Notes: a model not told the origin generated them from the letters alone. DNA of 64,000 nt from Patescibacteria group bacterium (GCA_041649475.1 JBAZNA010000001.1:24895-88894), one strand, 5' to 3'. Counted from the first letter of the stretch, positions 39,701 through 48,536 are shown. Program-made: numbers and translations.

Positions 39701-41242
39701 CTTGACCCCATAATCTCCCGCATACACATTACCAACCTCACTCATTACTCCCGGATTTGAAATATCAATTATATCTATAATTCCCAAATAAGTTGATACA
39801 AACGCATAATTTCCGGAAATGTCTAAGTCAAACGGAGCATTGACCAGGGCAACCGTGGATGATACCACCGGTGTAATTGGATTGTGTATATCCACAGATA
39901 TTAAGGTATTATTCCATGTACCCCCTAAATATGCATACCCTCCGGAAACATAAATAGGATAGGCCCCTGAACCTGCCGGCAGGTCTGTAGTGCTTTTCTG
40001 TACTGGTAAATTTGGATTAGAAATATCTACTACCATCAAATGACTAGTATGTGTCAAATAAGCGTACTTACCGGAAACAAATATTTCCCCGGGGCCATAG
40101 TCCAATGTTACTGAACTTACTACTACCGGGTTATATGGATTGGAGATATCAATTACATACATTTTTGTATCATCTGTATCAGCGACGTATAAATATTTAC
40201 CCGACACAAAAATTGAGTCCGCAGAACTGCTTGATCCTAATGATGTTGTGCTAATCTGAACCGGAGATGCTGGTTTGGTTACATCAACAACAACTAATTT
40301 ATTTGTCATACCAGCGCCCAAATAAGCATAATTACCGGCAACAAATATTGAACTAACACGCCCTATGCTTAACAGTAATGTGGCAACCTTGATTGGAGCG
40401 CTTGGTCTATTTATGTCTATTACAGACAAGTATGATGGATCGCCTCTATCCGAAACATAGGCATATCGGCCAGACACATATAATTCAGAGGCCTGGGATT
40501 GTGCGAAGACAAACCCTACGGTGTTTATACCCGAATCGGGATGTATGGGATTATAAATTTTACCCAATACGGTCAGTTTTCTACTTGTCGCTGTTGTGCC
40601 AATTCCCACCTGTCCTCCGGCTGTCGCAAAAGTCGCCCCATAATTAAAAGTGGAAGTATTGTTTGAGATTACAGTCAGTTTGTTTGTGACGGTAGTTGTT
40701 GAAATCGTCGTACTGTTAAAATTAAAATTTCCGTTGACATCCGACACTGGAATGTAAGTTGACGAAGAAACAGTGGCCGAAGCAACTCCGTCCAAATACA
40801 TTGAATTAAAAGAATATGGTGAGGCCGTGATTTGTTTTCTGGGGGTTAGGGTTTGGGCGCCGATTCTTACTTCCAAAAATACTGACGCATTATTTTTAAA
40901 AATATTTGGATCAAGGGTATTGGTACCAGTGTCGCCGAGATTGATTGAGAACAAACCTGAAGTTGGTGTAACAGCGATTGAGGTGGGTGTACCAACCGTG
41001 CCTCCGGCTGTATAGAGTGCCGTACCTCCGGACGCGGAATCATACAAAATAAAATACATGTCCTGACTGGTTGTTGCCGCTAACCCGTTCACCAATAATT
41101 TTCCTTGATAAGTAATTATGCTGGGTGGGGTGGCAGACCGCGCATTTAAACCATAGGCAATGAAAAACAAAATACACCCAAATATCAAAAAAATGGGAAG
41201 AATTCTTTTGCAGTTCTGCCACTTCCTCTTTAACTCCTGCAT
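33761..41242 (-). CDS. Giant fibre/adhesin-like surface protein (~2,490 aa)
   Basis: N-terminal TM/signal, YQGKL domain, LVIVD-like repeats, YadA-head-like repeats, 6x GTR(M/L)MW(I/V)PSKAAFRAG modules, S74-like SSRSIKQDI, G2-like GDLAE, Pro/Thr/Glu tail; start likely MQEL. Confidence 0.85.
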   Translation of the reverse strand: MQELKRKWQNCKRILPIFLIFGCILFFIAYGLNARSATPPSIITYQGKLLVNGLAATTSQDMYFILYDSASGGTALYTAGGTVGTPTSIAVTPTSGLFSINLGDTGTNTLDPNIFKNNASVFLEVRIGAQTLTPRKQITASPYSFNSMYLDGVASATVSSSTYIPVSDVNGNFNFNSTTISTTTVTNKLTVISNNTSTFNYGATFATAGGQVGIGTTATSRKLTVLGKIYNPIHPDSGINTVGFVFAQSQASELYVSGRYAYVSDRGDPSYLSVIDINRPSAPIKVATLLLSIGRVSSIFVAGNYAYLGAGMTNKLVVVDVTKPASPVQISTTSLGSSSSADSIFVSGKYLYVADTDDTKMYVIDISNPYNPVVVSSVTLDYGPGEIFVSGKYAYLTHTSHLMVVDISNPNLPVQKSTTDLPAGSGAYPIYVSGGYAYLGGTWNNTLISVDIHNPITPVVSSTVALVNAPFDLDISGNYAFVSTYLGIIDIIDISNPGVMSEVGNVYAGDYGVKVVGNYVFSVNDSSGLFFITDLYGTEVGSLFAHSAEVGKLAVQNEIITKGIVDIGTSLTVGYGGILSQGALSISATNTPSYFGGSVGIGTTSPAWKLSVAGDINTTGTYRINNIDYGQYFIATSGYSGNIYMSNGSGRGQWVNTSSLGFASSSGSDSYIQNQSSADQVANFRISSTGTLGALGVNTISPLAKFTIVDGAILATGSVGDTPISGGGTRMMWIPSKAAFRAGIVDGTQWDDALIGDRSVAMGGNTVASGYTSTAMGSRSVASGNYSTALGQYSTASGDNSFALGQYVSSSAFSSIIIGNGLGLGSGLLVNSTDRSLVVGFYSTVPTLFVGPSAGEGTTGRVGVGTTTPTALFSISGSVTSSPFFDIASSSGSSMLRVLANGNVGINTSSPLAGLTIVDGAILAVSSTSGTGAQGTPISGAGTRMMWIPSKAAFRAGSIQGLYAGVDAWDDAKIGLGSVAFGIDTIASGTAAFAAGVGSWAAGNGAVALGNWSTALGTNSFAMGENAHAFASGGIAMGGHITSTASGAIALGSHINVTGSQSFGIGLDTTDRIISASNVMAIMGGNVGIGTTTPQAALTILDGAILAVSSTSGTGAQGTPISGAGTRLMWIPSKAAFRAGYASSTEWDEASIGSYSMALGYNVEASGPYTFASGVENISAGIFSIAMGASNISTGTASVAMGSGNKAQGDGAIALGNNAFASAAKAIAMGETVRALGSRSVAIGEFVTSSGGNSFVMGKYLTVSGANSFGIGLGSSDNGVLSTANTFGIINGAMIASGTTGNTPGSGPGTRMMWIPSKAAFRAGAVGVDTYGADPYGGTEWDDANIGEYSMALGVNNKATALGSVAIGMNNFSGGPLSVAMGFGSYASGTSATALGGSSATGDGSSAFGAATASGTASVAIGGDARALTSFAVAIGTSVTSTAQYSIAMGRYMTVSGANSFGIGLGNSDNGTLSNANTFGIINGAVIASGTIGNTPASGLGTRMMWVPSKAAFRAGKLEDQGGEESIYWDDAKIGSSSVAMGWNVIASNTTAIALGSFAKASGARSVALGDSVIASGDGSMALGFASRATGGNSFAVGYQSYASGTQAIAIGDDVVASGAYSTAMGTRINVTGDRSFGISLNNIWPRYELNQSNVMAIMGGNVGIGTTTPQALFTLQDGAILAAGTVGATPVSGTGTRMMWIPSKAAFRAGKTADMFLGVLPLGDGTGWDEANIGTSSAAFGAGTKASGLYSFAAGGGNTASGTASVALGLGGVAGGLSSFIMGDGVSSGDSSIAMGKHLTATGNVSVAIGDTVVASAGTSFAFGSHVTSSAEKAMALGNYIEVSGTGSIGIGIGNTETHYTVSAINVMAIMGGNVGIGTSSFSYLLNMDGGGYYSAVDGQWHNGSSRSIKQDIVPITETQRSNLLSMLDSLNINQYRFINDVSAYGDQAIWQYGIIADESPDLLTGHDQNSIAAGSAIQFLLTNQQTMYRDLKKLNSTLILSSTTQEITFQSAAVSSPSAKAFTFNAINFNTSTADNYIVSLRSNNDPVFSVSANGDVNTKGNIYAPSITLGTSTNPGDLAEKVDIAVDDNVEPGDVLMVDPSAPDTYRRSNGAYEQSVAGVVSTNPTIIVGNGKTDYMAVMAMVGRVPVKVSNENGPIQRGDLLISASMPGYAMKYDPTKDNNNKMVGIIGVALEPMDQPTGKIMTLIRTGWMYNRDNTIAEIQNSINQIASLQGINLSPSSSPENLGVSQTGGQLSYTGGNLDLQNNTIINVASITGAGGKWRIDADGNLIAKVQTANGSQDLYAMQSTNSELVFSSSSQLMSGTVQIDFDAAIKDVIDPNQPIKISVTLTSGEGNGVYVASKSANGFVVKELNNGNSNATFDWIVVAKRSNAPVTPTLPPIPTPTETPVETPTPAPTPTPTPTTPTPTPETVTETPPSPPPVVESAPAPTVPEVPPAPEAPPAPEVPPTPETPPEAPPAPPFEVIPVSV
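37824..38485. repeat. 113-bp direct repeat (37824-37936 and 38373-38485) inside the adhesin gene
   Basis: By manual comparison the copies differ at 2 positions (CATCAGACGAG vs CATCATGCGAG). Confidence 0.85.
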
Positions 41243-41359
41243 ATCTTCTTTGTTACTTCTATAGTATAGCACCTTTTAACGACTATTTATACGTTTTTTA
41301 AGCAAAAAACTGTGGATAAATGGACTTCGTATCTTTTTTGCTATATAATTAAAATCACT

Positions 41360-42388
41360 ATGAACCAAAGCGAAGATACAGAACGAGTTGTTCAGCCCGA
41401 AGTTGAAAACGAAGAGGCAATCTTAGATATTTCTTTGCGTCCGCAAAAACTGGCTGATTTTATCGGACAAAACCAACTAAAACAAAACCTGCATATATCA
41501 ATGCAGGCGACAAAAAAACGCTCGGAACCGTTGGAACATATTCTCCTTTATGGAAATCCGGGTTTGGGGAAGACAACTTTGGCTCACATCATCGCCAAAG
41601 AAATGAACAGCAATATTCGGGTAACATCAGGCCCGGCCTTGGAAAAAGTTGGCGATCTGGCCGCCATTTTATCAAATCTGCAGGACGGCGAAATTTTATT
41701 CATAGATGAAATTCACCGACTGAATAAAACCATAGAAGAAGTGCTCTACCCCGCTTTAGAAGATTACGCCTTGGATATTATCATCGGCAAAGGCCCGGCC
41801 GCCCGGACAATACGCATGCCACTCTCCCGATTTACTTTAATCGGCGCGACCACAAAAATCGGACTTATATCAGCGCCTCTGCGCGACCGCTTCGGCCATA
41901 CTTTTCATCTTGATTTTTATGAAGAAGATGATATAAAAACAATCCTTTTGCGTAACGCAAAAATTCTGGATGTGGAAATTAACTCGGATGCGGCCGATCT
42001 CATTTCGCAACGCGCCCGCCGGACACCGCGAATTGCCAACCGCCTGCTTAAACGCGTACGCGATTTTGCCCAGGTAAAATTCAACGGGAAAATAGATAAA
42101 AAAGTTGCCTCCGAAGGACTTAATATGCTGGCTATTGATCATTACGGCTTGGACGAAATAGACCGCAGATTGTTAAATACCCTGATTCAAAAATTCAATG
42201 GCGGGCCGGCCGGTCTAAACACGCTTTCCGCGGCCATTAGCGAAGAAATGGACACAATTGAGACAATCTACGAACCATTCCTTTTGCAAATTGGATTCCT
42301 TGAACGAACGCCCCGAGGCCGGCGAGCCACTCCGGCCGCCTACACGCATCTTGGCTACGGCGCCCCTAAATCTCAAACTCTTTTTTAA
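41360..42388 (+). CDS. ruvB: Holliday junction branch migration helicase RuvB
   Basis: [36 protein letters not shown]...RTPRGR. Confidence 0.97.
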   Translation: MNQSEDTERVVQPEVENEEAILDISLRPQKLADFIGQNQLKQNLHISMQATKKRSEPLEHILLYGNPGLGKTTLAHIIAKEMNSNIRVTSGPALEKVGDLAAILSNLQDGEILFIDEIHRLNKTIEEVLYPALEDYALDIIIGKGPAARTIRMPLSRFTLIGATTKIGLISAPLRDRFGHTFHLDFYEEDDIKTILLRNAKILDVEINSDAADLISQRARRTPRIANRLLKRVRDFAQVKFNGKIDKKVASEGLNMLAIDHYGLDEIDRRLLNTLIQKFNGGPAGLNTLSAAISEEMDTIETIYEPFLLQIGFLERTPRGRRATPAAYTHLGYGAPKSQTLF

Positions 42389-42396
42389 TTAAATTT

Positions 42397-42633
42397 ATGA
42401 TTTCAATTCCCTTATATATATTTCTAATAATTTATTTTATCTTTTTATTTATTTTCGCGATTTTTTTTATCACCAATCTCTTGCATATTGTCCTAACCGG
42501 CACCACTACTTTTTCCGGACTCATAGTGACCCTAATCATTATTTGCTTAAGTTTATTTGTTGTTTTTGAGACCTGGAATATCTTACAAAATATAGATTGG
42601 AACCAGCCAATTATTATAAATTTTAATGTTTGA
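42397..42633 (+). CDS. Small membrane protein
   Basis: 78 aa, two hydrophobic helices, tightly spaced in the ruvB operon. Confidence 0.65.
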   Translation: MISIPLYIFLIIYFIFLFIFAIFFITNLLHIVLTGTTTFSGLIVTLIIICLSLFVVFETWNILQNIDWNQPIIINFNV

Positions 42634-43192
42634 TATGACTCTCAGCCAATTGATCAGTCAAAAATCTTACGAAAAAATTGAACGCACAATCAGGAGGCAC
42701 CCGATAACCTTCATCCCCTATTTACTTCTATTTTTCCTGCTTTTAATCGTTCCTCTTGGTCTTTATTGGCTGGTTATAAATTCCTCTTTAGTAATGCTTT
42801 TGCAAAATCCTATCTACCATGTCTTGGCTATCCTTTTAACCAGCATTTATTATCTTTCAACCATTTTATTTTTCTATACTTATTTCGTGTCCTTTCATTT
42901 GGATTTATGGATTGTGACTAATGACCGAATTTTGGATATGGAACAAAAAAGTTTGTTCGCGCGTACCGTGTCCGAAGTTGACCTGTACCAAATTCAAGAT
43001 GCCACTTCCACAATTGCCGGATTCTTCCCAACAATTTTTAATTACGGAAACATTAATCTGCAAACAGCCGGCCCAATTGCCAGGTTTGTCTTCCGCAACG
43101 TGCCTCATCCAAATGAGTTGCGCCAAACTATTCTTGACCTGGCGGCTGAAGACAAGAAATTCCACGAAAACCAGCCGCCGGCATCCGCTTAG
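42626..43192 (+). CDS. Membrane protein with bacterial PH (bPH_2-like) domain
   Basis: Two TM helices, then WIVTNDRI..EQ..LF.R, IQD, NYGNI..QTAG. Confidence 0.8.
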   Translation: MFDMTLSQLISQKSYEKIERTIRRHPITFIPYLLLFFLLLIVPLGLYWLVINSSLVMLLQNPIYHVLAILLTSIYYLSTILFFYTYFVSFHLDLWIVTNDRILDMEQKSLFARTVSEVDLYQIQDATSTIAGFFPTIFNYGNINLQTAGPIARFVFRNVPHPNELRQTILDLAAEDKKFHENQPPASA

Positions 43193-44145
43193 TATATTTT
43201 CTCAACTTCCGTGTTAGAGTAATAATATTTTAGTATTTCTTCATAGGTCCAGCCGTCTTTGAGCGCTCTTTGCGAGGCATCGTGCGTGCTCATACCCAAG
43301 CCGTGTCCCCACAATTTCAAACCTTTGTCATATTTAGCCACAACACTTTTAAGCCATGGCCTCTTCTGACCGCCTTTGATGGGTTTAAAATCAAGAGTAT
43401 GTCCGTTTGAATGGCCAAAATACGGAGTCAAAACCGGATTGCCATTATATGTAACCATCTCGCCATATGTGTCCTGTTCTGCCTGAACAATTTTTGGCAT
43501 AACCAGCTCGCTGTTATAGCCCAAATATATCTGGTCCACAGTTGTAGGATAAATATCAAATAAATGCTTTTCGGTTGTTGGGGCAATCATCTGGTAAGCA
43601 TAAGATCTGGCCGCCACGAGCAGTGCTTTGGCATATTCCGGCGCCACATCATTTGCACTTTCAGCCACACCGGCCACATACTCATCAAGCGGCAATTCAT
43701 TTATAATGTAAGGAATGTCATTTTTGGGAGAATACCTGTATTCCATCACGCCTCTATAAGTATTGAAGTTGATTCCGCCCCGACCGGAGACCTTGCGCGT
43801 ATAATTTGTTAATTTAAAATAATAGGTTAATTCATCGGGAACAAATCTGATCGGGTCTGAAGAACTGAAATCTAAGTCCGTGCTGACAAAATTATATACA
43901 CCATCATTAAAAGAAACCGTGGCCGGTTCCCCCGCATACAAAATCCCTTTTACTTCTTGTCCGCTATAAATGTTATAAGGAAAATCCGCCTCAAACTTAA
44001 CCGGTTTGTCAGAGGTGTATAACCTAACCCGGATATTCGGTTCATTAATCAAGGCGCGCGCATCAGTAACCGCGCTCACTGTTGAAACTTTGGCCAAAAA
44101 TAGGGTTAATAGCAGGGAAATAACAATTATTGCTTTTTTTTGCAT
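43189..44145 (-). CDS. SpoIID/LytB domain protein (putative lytic transglycosylase)
   Basis: YRG...INELPLDEYVAGV.E, A..VAARSYA, DQIY.G, GHGLGMS..A, IL.YYY. Confidence 0.88.
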   Translation of the reverse strand: MQKKAIIVISLLLTLFLAKVSTVSAVTDARALINEPNIRVRLYTSDKPVKFEADFPYNIYSGQEVKGILYAGEPATVSFNDGVYNFVSTDLDFSSSDPIRFVPDELTYYFKLTNYTRKVSGRGGINFNTYRGVMEYRYSPKNDIPYIINELPLDEYVAGVAESANDVAPEYAKALLVAARSYAYQMIAPTTEKHLFDIYPTTVDQIYLGYNSELVMPKIVQAEQDTYGEMVTYNGNPVLTPYFGHSNGHTLDFKPIKGGQKRPWLKSVVAKYDKGLKLWGHGLGMSTHDASQRALKDGWTYEEILKYYYSNTEVEKIY

Positions 44146-44201
44146 ATGTGAAAAGTATATCACAAAACACCTTTTAATGGTATAATGGAGCCAACAAAAA
44201 T

Positions 44202-45608
44202 ATGTCTTTAAAGAGGGCTATAGCCAAAAATACAATCATCCAAATCGCCGGCAAAGCAATAAGCACTCTTCTCGGTCTGGTGGCCATAGCCATCATGACG
44301 CGTTTTTTGGGCGTGGAAAAATTCGGCTGGTACGTTACCGCAACCGGATTTTTGCAATTCATCGGCATATTTAGTGACTTTGGTTTTATCGTGACCACGG
44401 CCAACATGCTCTCCGAACCGCGGTTTGATAAACAAAAACTGCTCAACTGCCTTTTCACCTGGCGCTTTCTGACCGCTTTAATTTTCCAATTGCTGGCGCC
44501 GGCGATCATTTTATTTTTCCCCTATCCGGCGCCGGTAAAAATCGCGGTTGCCATAATGAGCGTTTCATTTTTCTGCATTTCCCTAAATAATATTTTTGTC
44601 GGCTATTACCAAGCCAACTTAAAAATGATCGTTCAGATGGTTGGTGAAATTTTAGGCAGAATTGTGTTAGTGGCCGGTTTATTTTTAGTGTCAATCGGCA
44701 GTTTTGGCTTCTTGCCGGCTATGGCCATAGTCACTATTGCCTCAATAGCCAACTGCCTTTATCTGTTTTATAAAAGCCCGAGAGTTGGGTTTGATTTTGA
44801 CCCCATAATTTCCAAAGCAATTTTTGTAAAAATTTGGCCGACCGCAGTGACAGTAATTTTTAATGCCTTTTATCTCCAAGGCGACCGGGTGCTCCTGCCT
44901 TTGTATGCGCCGCAGACCGATGTCGGTCTCTATGGGGCGGCTTACCGCGTGCTTGATATCGTCACCCAAAGCATAGCTATGATTATGGGAATAATGATGC
45001 CAATCATCACCTTTGCCTGGTCGCGCGATCTAAAAGATGAATTTTTTAAAAGATGCCAAGCCGGTTTTGATCTTGTACTTCTAATTTTAATGCCGATGAT
45101 GGCCGGAATAGTTGTGCTGGCCACCCCGATTATGCGACTAGTCGCTGGTCAAGATTTTAGCGGCGCCGGCGGTATTTTACAATTTTTGGCAGTGGCGATT
45201 TTTGGGCTTTGTTTCGGCAATATTTTCGGCTATATTGCCTTGGCTATCAACCGGCAAAGACAGGCAATCTGGATTTATGCTTCCGATGCCATACTTACCA
45301 CTGCCGCCTATTTTATTTTGATTCCAAGATTCGGTATGTATGGAGCGGCTTGGGCAACTATTTTTTCCGAGTTCTACGCCGGCGTGGCGCTCCTATTTTT
45401 AGCCGGATATTATTCAAAATTCTGGCCCCGCTTCGGCGCCTTTATCAAAATAGTTTTGGCCAGCTTGATAATGGCCGTTTCAATTTATAAGCTTCAGCCC
45501 TTAAATATTTTTATTTCAACCCTCTTGGGCATCGCTATTTATGGGACTTGCGTCTTACTTTTTAGAATTGTCTCAAAAGAAACCATTTCAGAAATTATAA
45601 AACCGTGA
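44202..45608 (+). CDS. Polysaccharide flippase (Wzx/MOP family)
   Basis: Multiple TM helices; R.LG...FG.Y, DFG, VGLYGAAYR, LIPRFGMYGAAWAT. Confidence 0.88.
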   Translation: MSLKRAIAKNTIIQIAGKAISTLLGLVAIAIMTRFLGVEKFGWYVTATGFLQFIGIFSDFGFIVTTANMLSEPRFDKQKLLNCLFTWRFLTALIFQLLAPAIILFFPYPAPVKIAVAIMSVSFFCISLNNIFVGYYQANLKMIVQMVGEILGRIVLVAGLFLVSIGSFGFLPAMAIVTIASIANCLYLFYKSPRVGFDFDPIISKAIFVKIWPTAVTVIFNAFYLQGDRVLLPLYAPQTDVGLYGAAYRVLDIVTQSIAMIMGIMMPIITFAWSRDLKDEFFKRCQAGFDLVLLILMPMMAGIVVLATPIMRLVAGQDFSGAGGILQFLAVAIFGLCFGNIFGYIALAINRQRQAIWIYASDAILTTAAYFILIPRFGMYGAAWATIFSEFYAGVALLFLAGYYSKFWPRFGAFIKIVLASLIMAVSIYKLQPLNIFISTLLGIAIYGTCVLLFRIVSKETISEIIKP

Positions 45609-45643
45609 TAAGATATTAATGTATTTATTCACTCATACCTATT

Positions 45644-46693
45644 ATGGATTTCTCAAAAATCAGAAGTATAATTTTCTTCACCGTGCTGGCAATCGTCACT
45701 ATTGTCTTCGTCTATACGATTCGGCCGCTGTTTTATCCCATTTTTTGGGCCGCAGTAATTGCCAGCATCTTTCATCCACTCTATGAGCGCATCAGAAAAA
45801 AAATTAAATCCAACAATCTAAGCGCGGGTTTAATTCTGGTAATCGTATTTTTTATCATTCTTATTCCACTAAGCATAATCAGCAGTTTATTAATAAAAGA
45901 ATCAATTGATATTTACGGTGAAATCGGCAGTAAAACCGGACAAATACAAACAAGCATCCAAAATGCCATCAGTGCAATCCAAAGCAACCCGCTGATAAAC
46001 AAATTAAATATAAATGAAAGTTTCTGGATTCAAAAAATTTCTGATGTAACCGGATCTTTGTCCAGCTATATCTTCACCAGCTTAAAAAACATAACCGAAA
46101 ACTCCGTCACCTTCCTGATAATGTTTGTCATCATGCTTTATACTCTCTTTTATTTTACCCGCGACGGAGAAAGGATATTACGGCGACTGATGTATTTATC
46201 TCCAATTGGAGATAAACAAGAGGTTGTTTTCTATGACAAATTTACCTCCACGGCGCGCGCCAGCATAAAGGGAACTTTGATTTTAGGAATAGTCCAAGGG
46301 GTGCTTGGAGGCCTGATGTTTTATATCGCGGGAATTAAAGGCGCGCTTATCTGGACACTGGTAATGACCGCTTTTTCCATTCTAATCGGTTCATACTTTG
46401 TTTGGTTGCCGGCCGGCATCATAATGCTGACTATGGGCGCCATTTGGCAGGGTATTTTTATTCTTGCTTTTGGCACTTTAATCGTCAGTACGATAGACAA
46501 TCTTCTGCGGCCAATACTGGTCGGCAAAGACATCCAGATGCATCCTCTGCTCATTTTTATTTCAACCCTTGGCGGGTTGGTGGTTTTTGGATTATCCGGA
46601 TTTATTATCGGACCGATCATCACCGCTTTCCTAATGACCTTCTGGGAGATATATGAGAATTACTATAAAGCGGATCTGGAAAAAAATGCTTAA
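45644..46693 (+). CDS. AI-2E family transporter
   Basis: PIFWA, FYFTRDG, IDNLLRP.LVG, HPLL...S.LGG...FG..G.IIGP. Confidence 0.9.
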   Translation: MDFSKIRSIIFFTVLAIVTIVFVYTIRPLFYPIFWAAVIASIFHPLYERIRKKIKSNNLSAGLILVIVFFIILIPLSIISSLLIKESIDIYGEIGSKTGQIQTSIQNAISAIQSNPLINKLNINESFWIQKISDVTGSLSSYIFTSLKNITENSVTFLIMFVIMLYTLFYFTRDGERILRRLMYLSPIGDKQEVVFYDKFTSTARASIKGTLILGIVQGVLGGLMFYIAGIKGALIWTLVMTAFSILIGSYFVWLPAGIIMLTMGAIWQGIFILAFGTLIVSTIDNLLRPILVGKDIQMHPLLIFISTLGGLVVFGLSGFIIGPIITAFLMTFWEIYENYYKADLEKNA

Positions 46694-46710
46694 TTGAAAT
46701 TTGAAAAATA

Positions 46711-46737
46711 AAAAATCCCCATGGTGGGGATTTTTTT
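46711..46737. terminator. Bidirectional intrinsic terminator
   Basis: AAAAATCCCC-ATGGT-GGGGATTTTTTT. Confidence 0.8.
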
Positions 46738-46748
46738 GTTCTGTTTTG

Positions 46749-46821
46749 TTCCGGGGCCCGGATTTGAACCGGGAGCCTTCGGGTTATGGGCCCGACGAGC
46801 TGCCAATTGCTCTACCCCGGT
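46749..46821 (-). tRNA. Initiator tRNA-Met(CAT)
   Basis: TCGGG-CC-CAT-AA-CCCGA with three G:C pairs; unpaired 1:72. Confidence 0.88.
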
Positions 46822-46859
46822 GTTGCTCGCTCGGCCTTCGGCCGGCGCTTTGCGCTGTC

Positions 46860-46934
46860 TGGAGCGGGTGAAGGGAATCGAACCCTCGTCTTATGCTTGG
46901 CAAGCACACGCACTAACCGTTGTGCTACACCCGC
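46860..46934 (-). tRNA. tRNA-Gly(GCC)
   Basis: GCGGGTG/CACCCGC-TCCA; TT-GCC-AA loop. Confidence 0.93.
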
Positions 46935-47452
46935 GCTAAAGATATTTCTTTTTTTCGAAGCTCCAACCACTGCATGACCATTTCTTTATAGGAACGACTG
47001 GAAATTATTATTGTTCCTACGCCAAACGGCAAGGTTCGCTTAACTGAATGACCTTTAATATACTGACTTTTAAAGAATTTGTCAAGCGGTAATTCTACTA
47101 TTTTTGACCAACAATCTTTACATCCACTCTCTTTTAAATCAGGATATAACACCAAATACACCTTCGCCTTTGCTGATATTTGCGGTAAGTAATGCTTTAA
47201 AAAAATATGGAAATTCTTTATAAGTAAAGGGTTTGAATTTGTCACGCGTATTTTTCCATTCTCAAGCTTATTGTCACCTTCTCCCCAATATAACATTAGT
47301 CCCTCAAGAAACAAGGATTCCTTACTATAAATGTCATATAACCGAATAGCCTCTTCACGCATTTCACTATACAATTTTTGTCTCCTTTCTTTGGTTTTTA
47401 AATTTACCAATTTCATTCTTTCCCTTGCCTTGTCTTTATTTGCCTCCTTCAT
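46925..47452 (-). CDS. LAGLIDADG-like protein (single LYWGEG-type motif)
   Basis: LEGLMLYWGEGD, VTNSNP.LI..F..FL, W...V.LP...F.K, GV..I; stop codon inside tRNA-Gly(GCC). Confidence 0.65.
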   Translation of the reverse strand: MKEANKDKARERMKLVNLKTKERRQKLYSEMREEAIRLYDIYSKESLFLEGLMLYWGEGDNKLENGKIRVTNSNPLLIKNFHIFLKHYLPQISAKAKVYLVLYPDLKESGCKDCWSKIVELPLDKFFKSQYIKGHSVKRTLPFGVGTIIISSRSYKEMVMQWLELRKKEISLARV

Positions 47453-47554
47453 AATAAAAAATAAAAATAATTATAATATTTTTATTATACCTAAGTATAG
47501 ATGAAGAAAAACTAAAAAATTGATAAAATTTTAGATTGGAAGTGAACAAAAGTG

Positions 47555-47626
47555 AGCGGGTAACGGGAGTCGAACCCGTGTCACGAGTTTGGAAAACTCG
47601 AATAATAGCCGTTATATTATACCCGC
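47555..47626 (-). tRNA. tRNA-Gly(TCC)
   Basis: GCGGGTA/TACCCGC-T; CGAGT-TT-TCC-AA-ACTCG. Confidence 0.92.
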
Positions 47627-47751
47627 GCTCAAGAAATTTATTCAAATTATATCTTATCTTTAACAAAAAGTCAACTTGACGCTTGACTGATAAATTCAGA
47701 TAAGATAATATATTTAGAGTCAGGTTTTTAATCATTAATTAAGCAAGCCAT

Positions 47752-47886
47752 ATGCTTACTTATAATAATTTCGAGGGGGACGACGATTTAGATTTAACCG
47801 GCGGTGACATAGAAGAGGGCGAGGATACAGAAGAGACGGCGGGCACAGGAACCGACACGGACGAAGAGGAAGAAGAAAACATGTAA
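47752..47886 (+). CDS. 44-aa highly acidic microprotein MLTYNNFEGDDDLDLTGGDIEEGEDTEETAGTGTDTDEEEEENM (not in ORF track)
   Basis: ATG..TAA; 19 Asp/Glu and no Lys/Arg; TTGACT..GATAAT promoter-like signal upstream; long hairpin downstream. Confidence 0.7.
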   Translation: MLTYNNFEGDDDLDLTGGDIEEGEDTEETAGTGTDTDEEEEENM

Positions 47887-47892
47887 AAATTA

Positions 47893-47961
47893 AAAAGGGG
47901 GAGAAAAAGTTTTGAGCACTAGGCGTATGCCTTGGCGAAAAACTTTTTCTCCCCCTTTTTT
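47893..47961. terminator. Long bidirectional hairpin terminator between the acidic microprotein and efp
   Basis: AAAAGGGGGAGAAAAAGTTTT...AAAACTTTTTCTCCCCCTTTT inverted repeat of about 21 bp. Confidence 0.8.
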
Positions 47962-47975
47962 GTATTTAAATTATT

Positions 47976-48536
47976 TTAGGCGCGGGCCGAATATTCTCCG
48001 GTTTCGGTATTAACCAAAATCTCTTCGCCTTCTTTTATAAATATCGGGGCCTGAATTTTTAAACCATTATCAAGCGTGATTTCTTTGGTCACATTGCCGG
48101 CGGCGCTGTCGCCTTTGACTGCCGGCGGCGCTTCCACCACCTTGTATTTTATTTTCTTGGGAATCTGGATGCTCACCGGTCTGCCTTCATAGAGTCCTAC
48201 CACCACATCAATGCCTTCTTTCAGATATTTGCCTTCCTCACCGATCAAATCGCCGTTCATTTCAATCTGCTCATAACTCGCCATGTCCATAAAGGCAAAA
48301 TTGTCTCCGCTTTTGTATAAATACTGCATGGTTTGAAATTGCACCTGCACAATATCAACGCTTTCACTGGTTTTATAAGTCCACTCAATCACTTTCCCGG
48401 AGCCCAAACTTTTCATCCGGACGCGCACAAAAGCCGCGCCCTTGCCCGGATTGACGTGTTGAAACTCAACCACCACAAACAAGTCGCTCTGATGGCGAAT
48501 GACTACTCCTTTTCTGATTTCGGATGTTGCCGCCAT
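47976..48536 (-). CDS. efp: Elongation factor P
   Basis: HVNPGKGAAFVR, VKGDSA, PIFI.EGE.I.V.T.TGEY..RA. Confidence 0.97.
   Translation of the reverse strand: MAATSEIRKGVVIRHQSDLFVVVEFQHVNPGKGAAFVRVRMKSLGSGKVIEWTYKTSESVDIVQVQFQTMQYLYKSGDNFAFMDMASYEQIEMNGDLIGEEGKYLKEGIDVVVGLYEGRPVSIQIPKKIKYKVVEAPPAVKGDSAAGNVTKEITLDNGLKIQAPIFIKEGEEILVNTETGEYSARA

Noticed and set aside
33761-41242. Prophage or diversity-generating retroelement suggested by tail-fibre domains and the 113-bp repeat
   Set aside because: No phage structural genes, integrase or reverse transcriptase in the window; both repeat copies are in-frame coding modules with just two differences
46822-46858. Small GC hairpin (GGCC-TTCG-GCC) between tRNA-Met and tRNA-Gly as a REP-like element
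   Set aside because: I found no second copy in the window; probably spacer structure
47436-47735. 99-aa minus-strand ORF
   Set aside because: Runs through tRNA-Gly(TCC) and AT-rich promoter DNA
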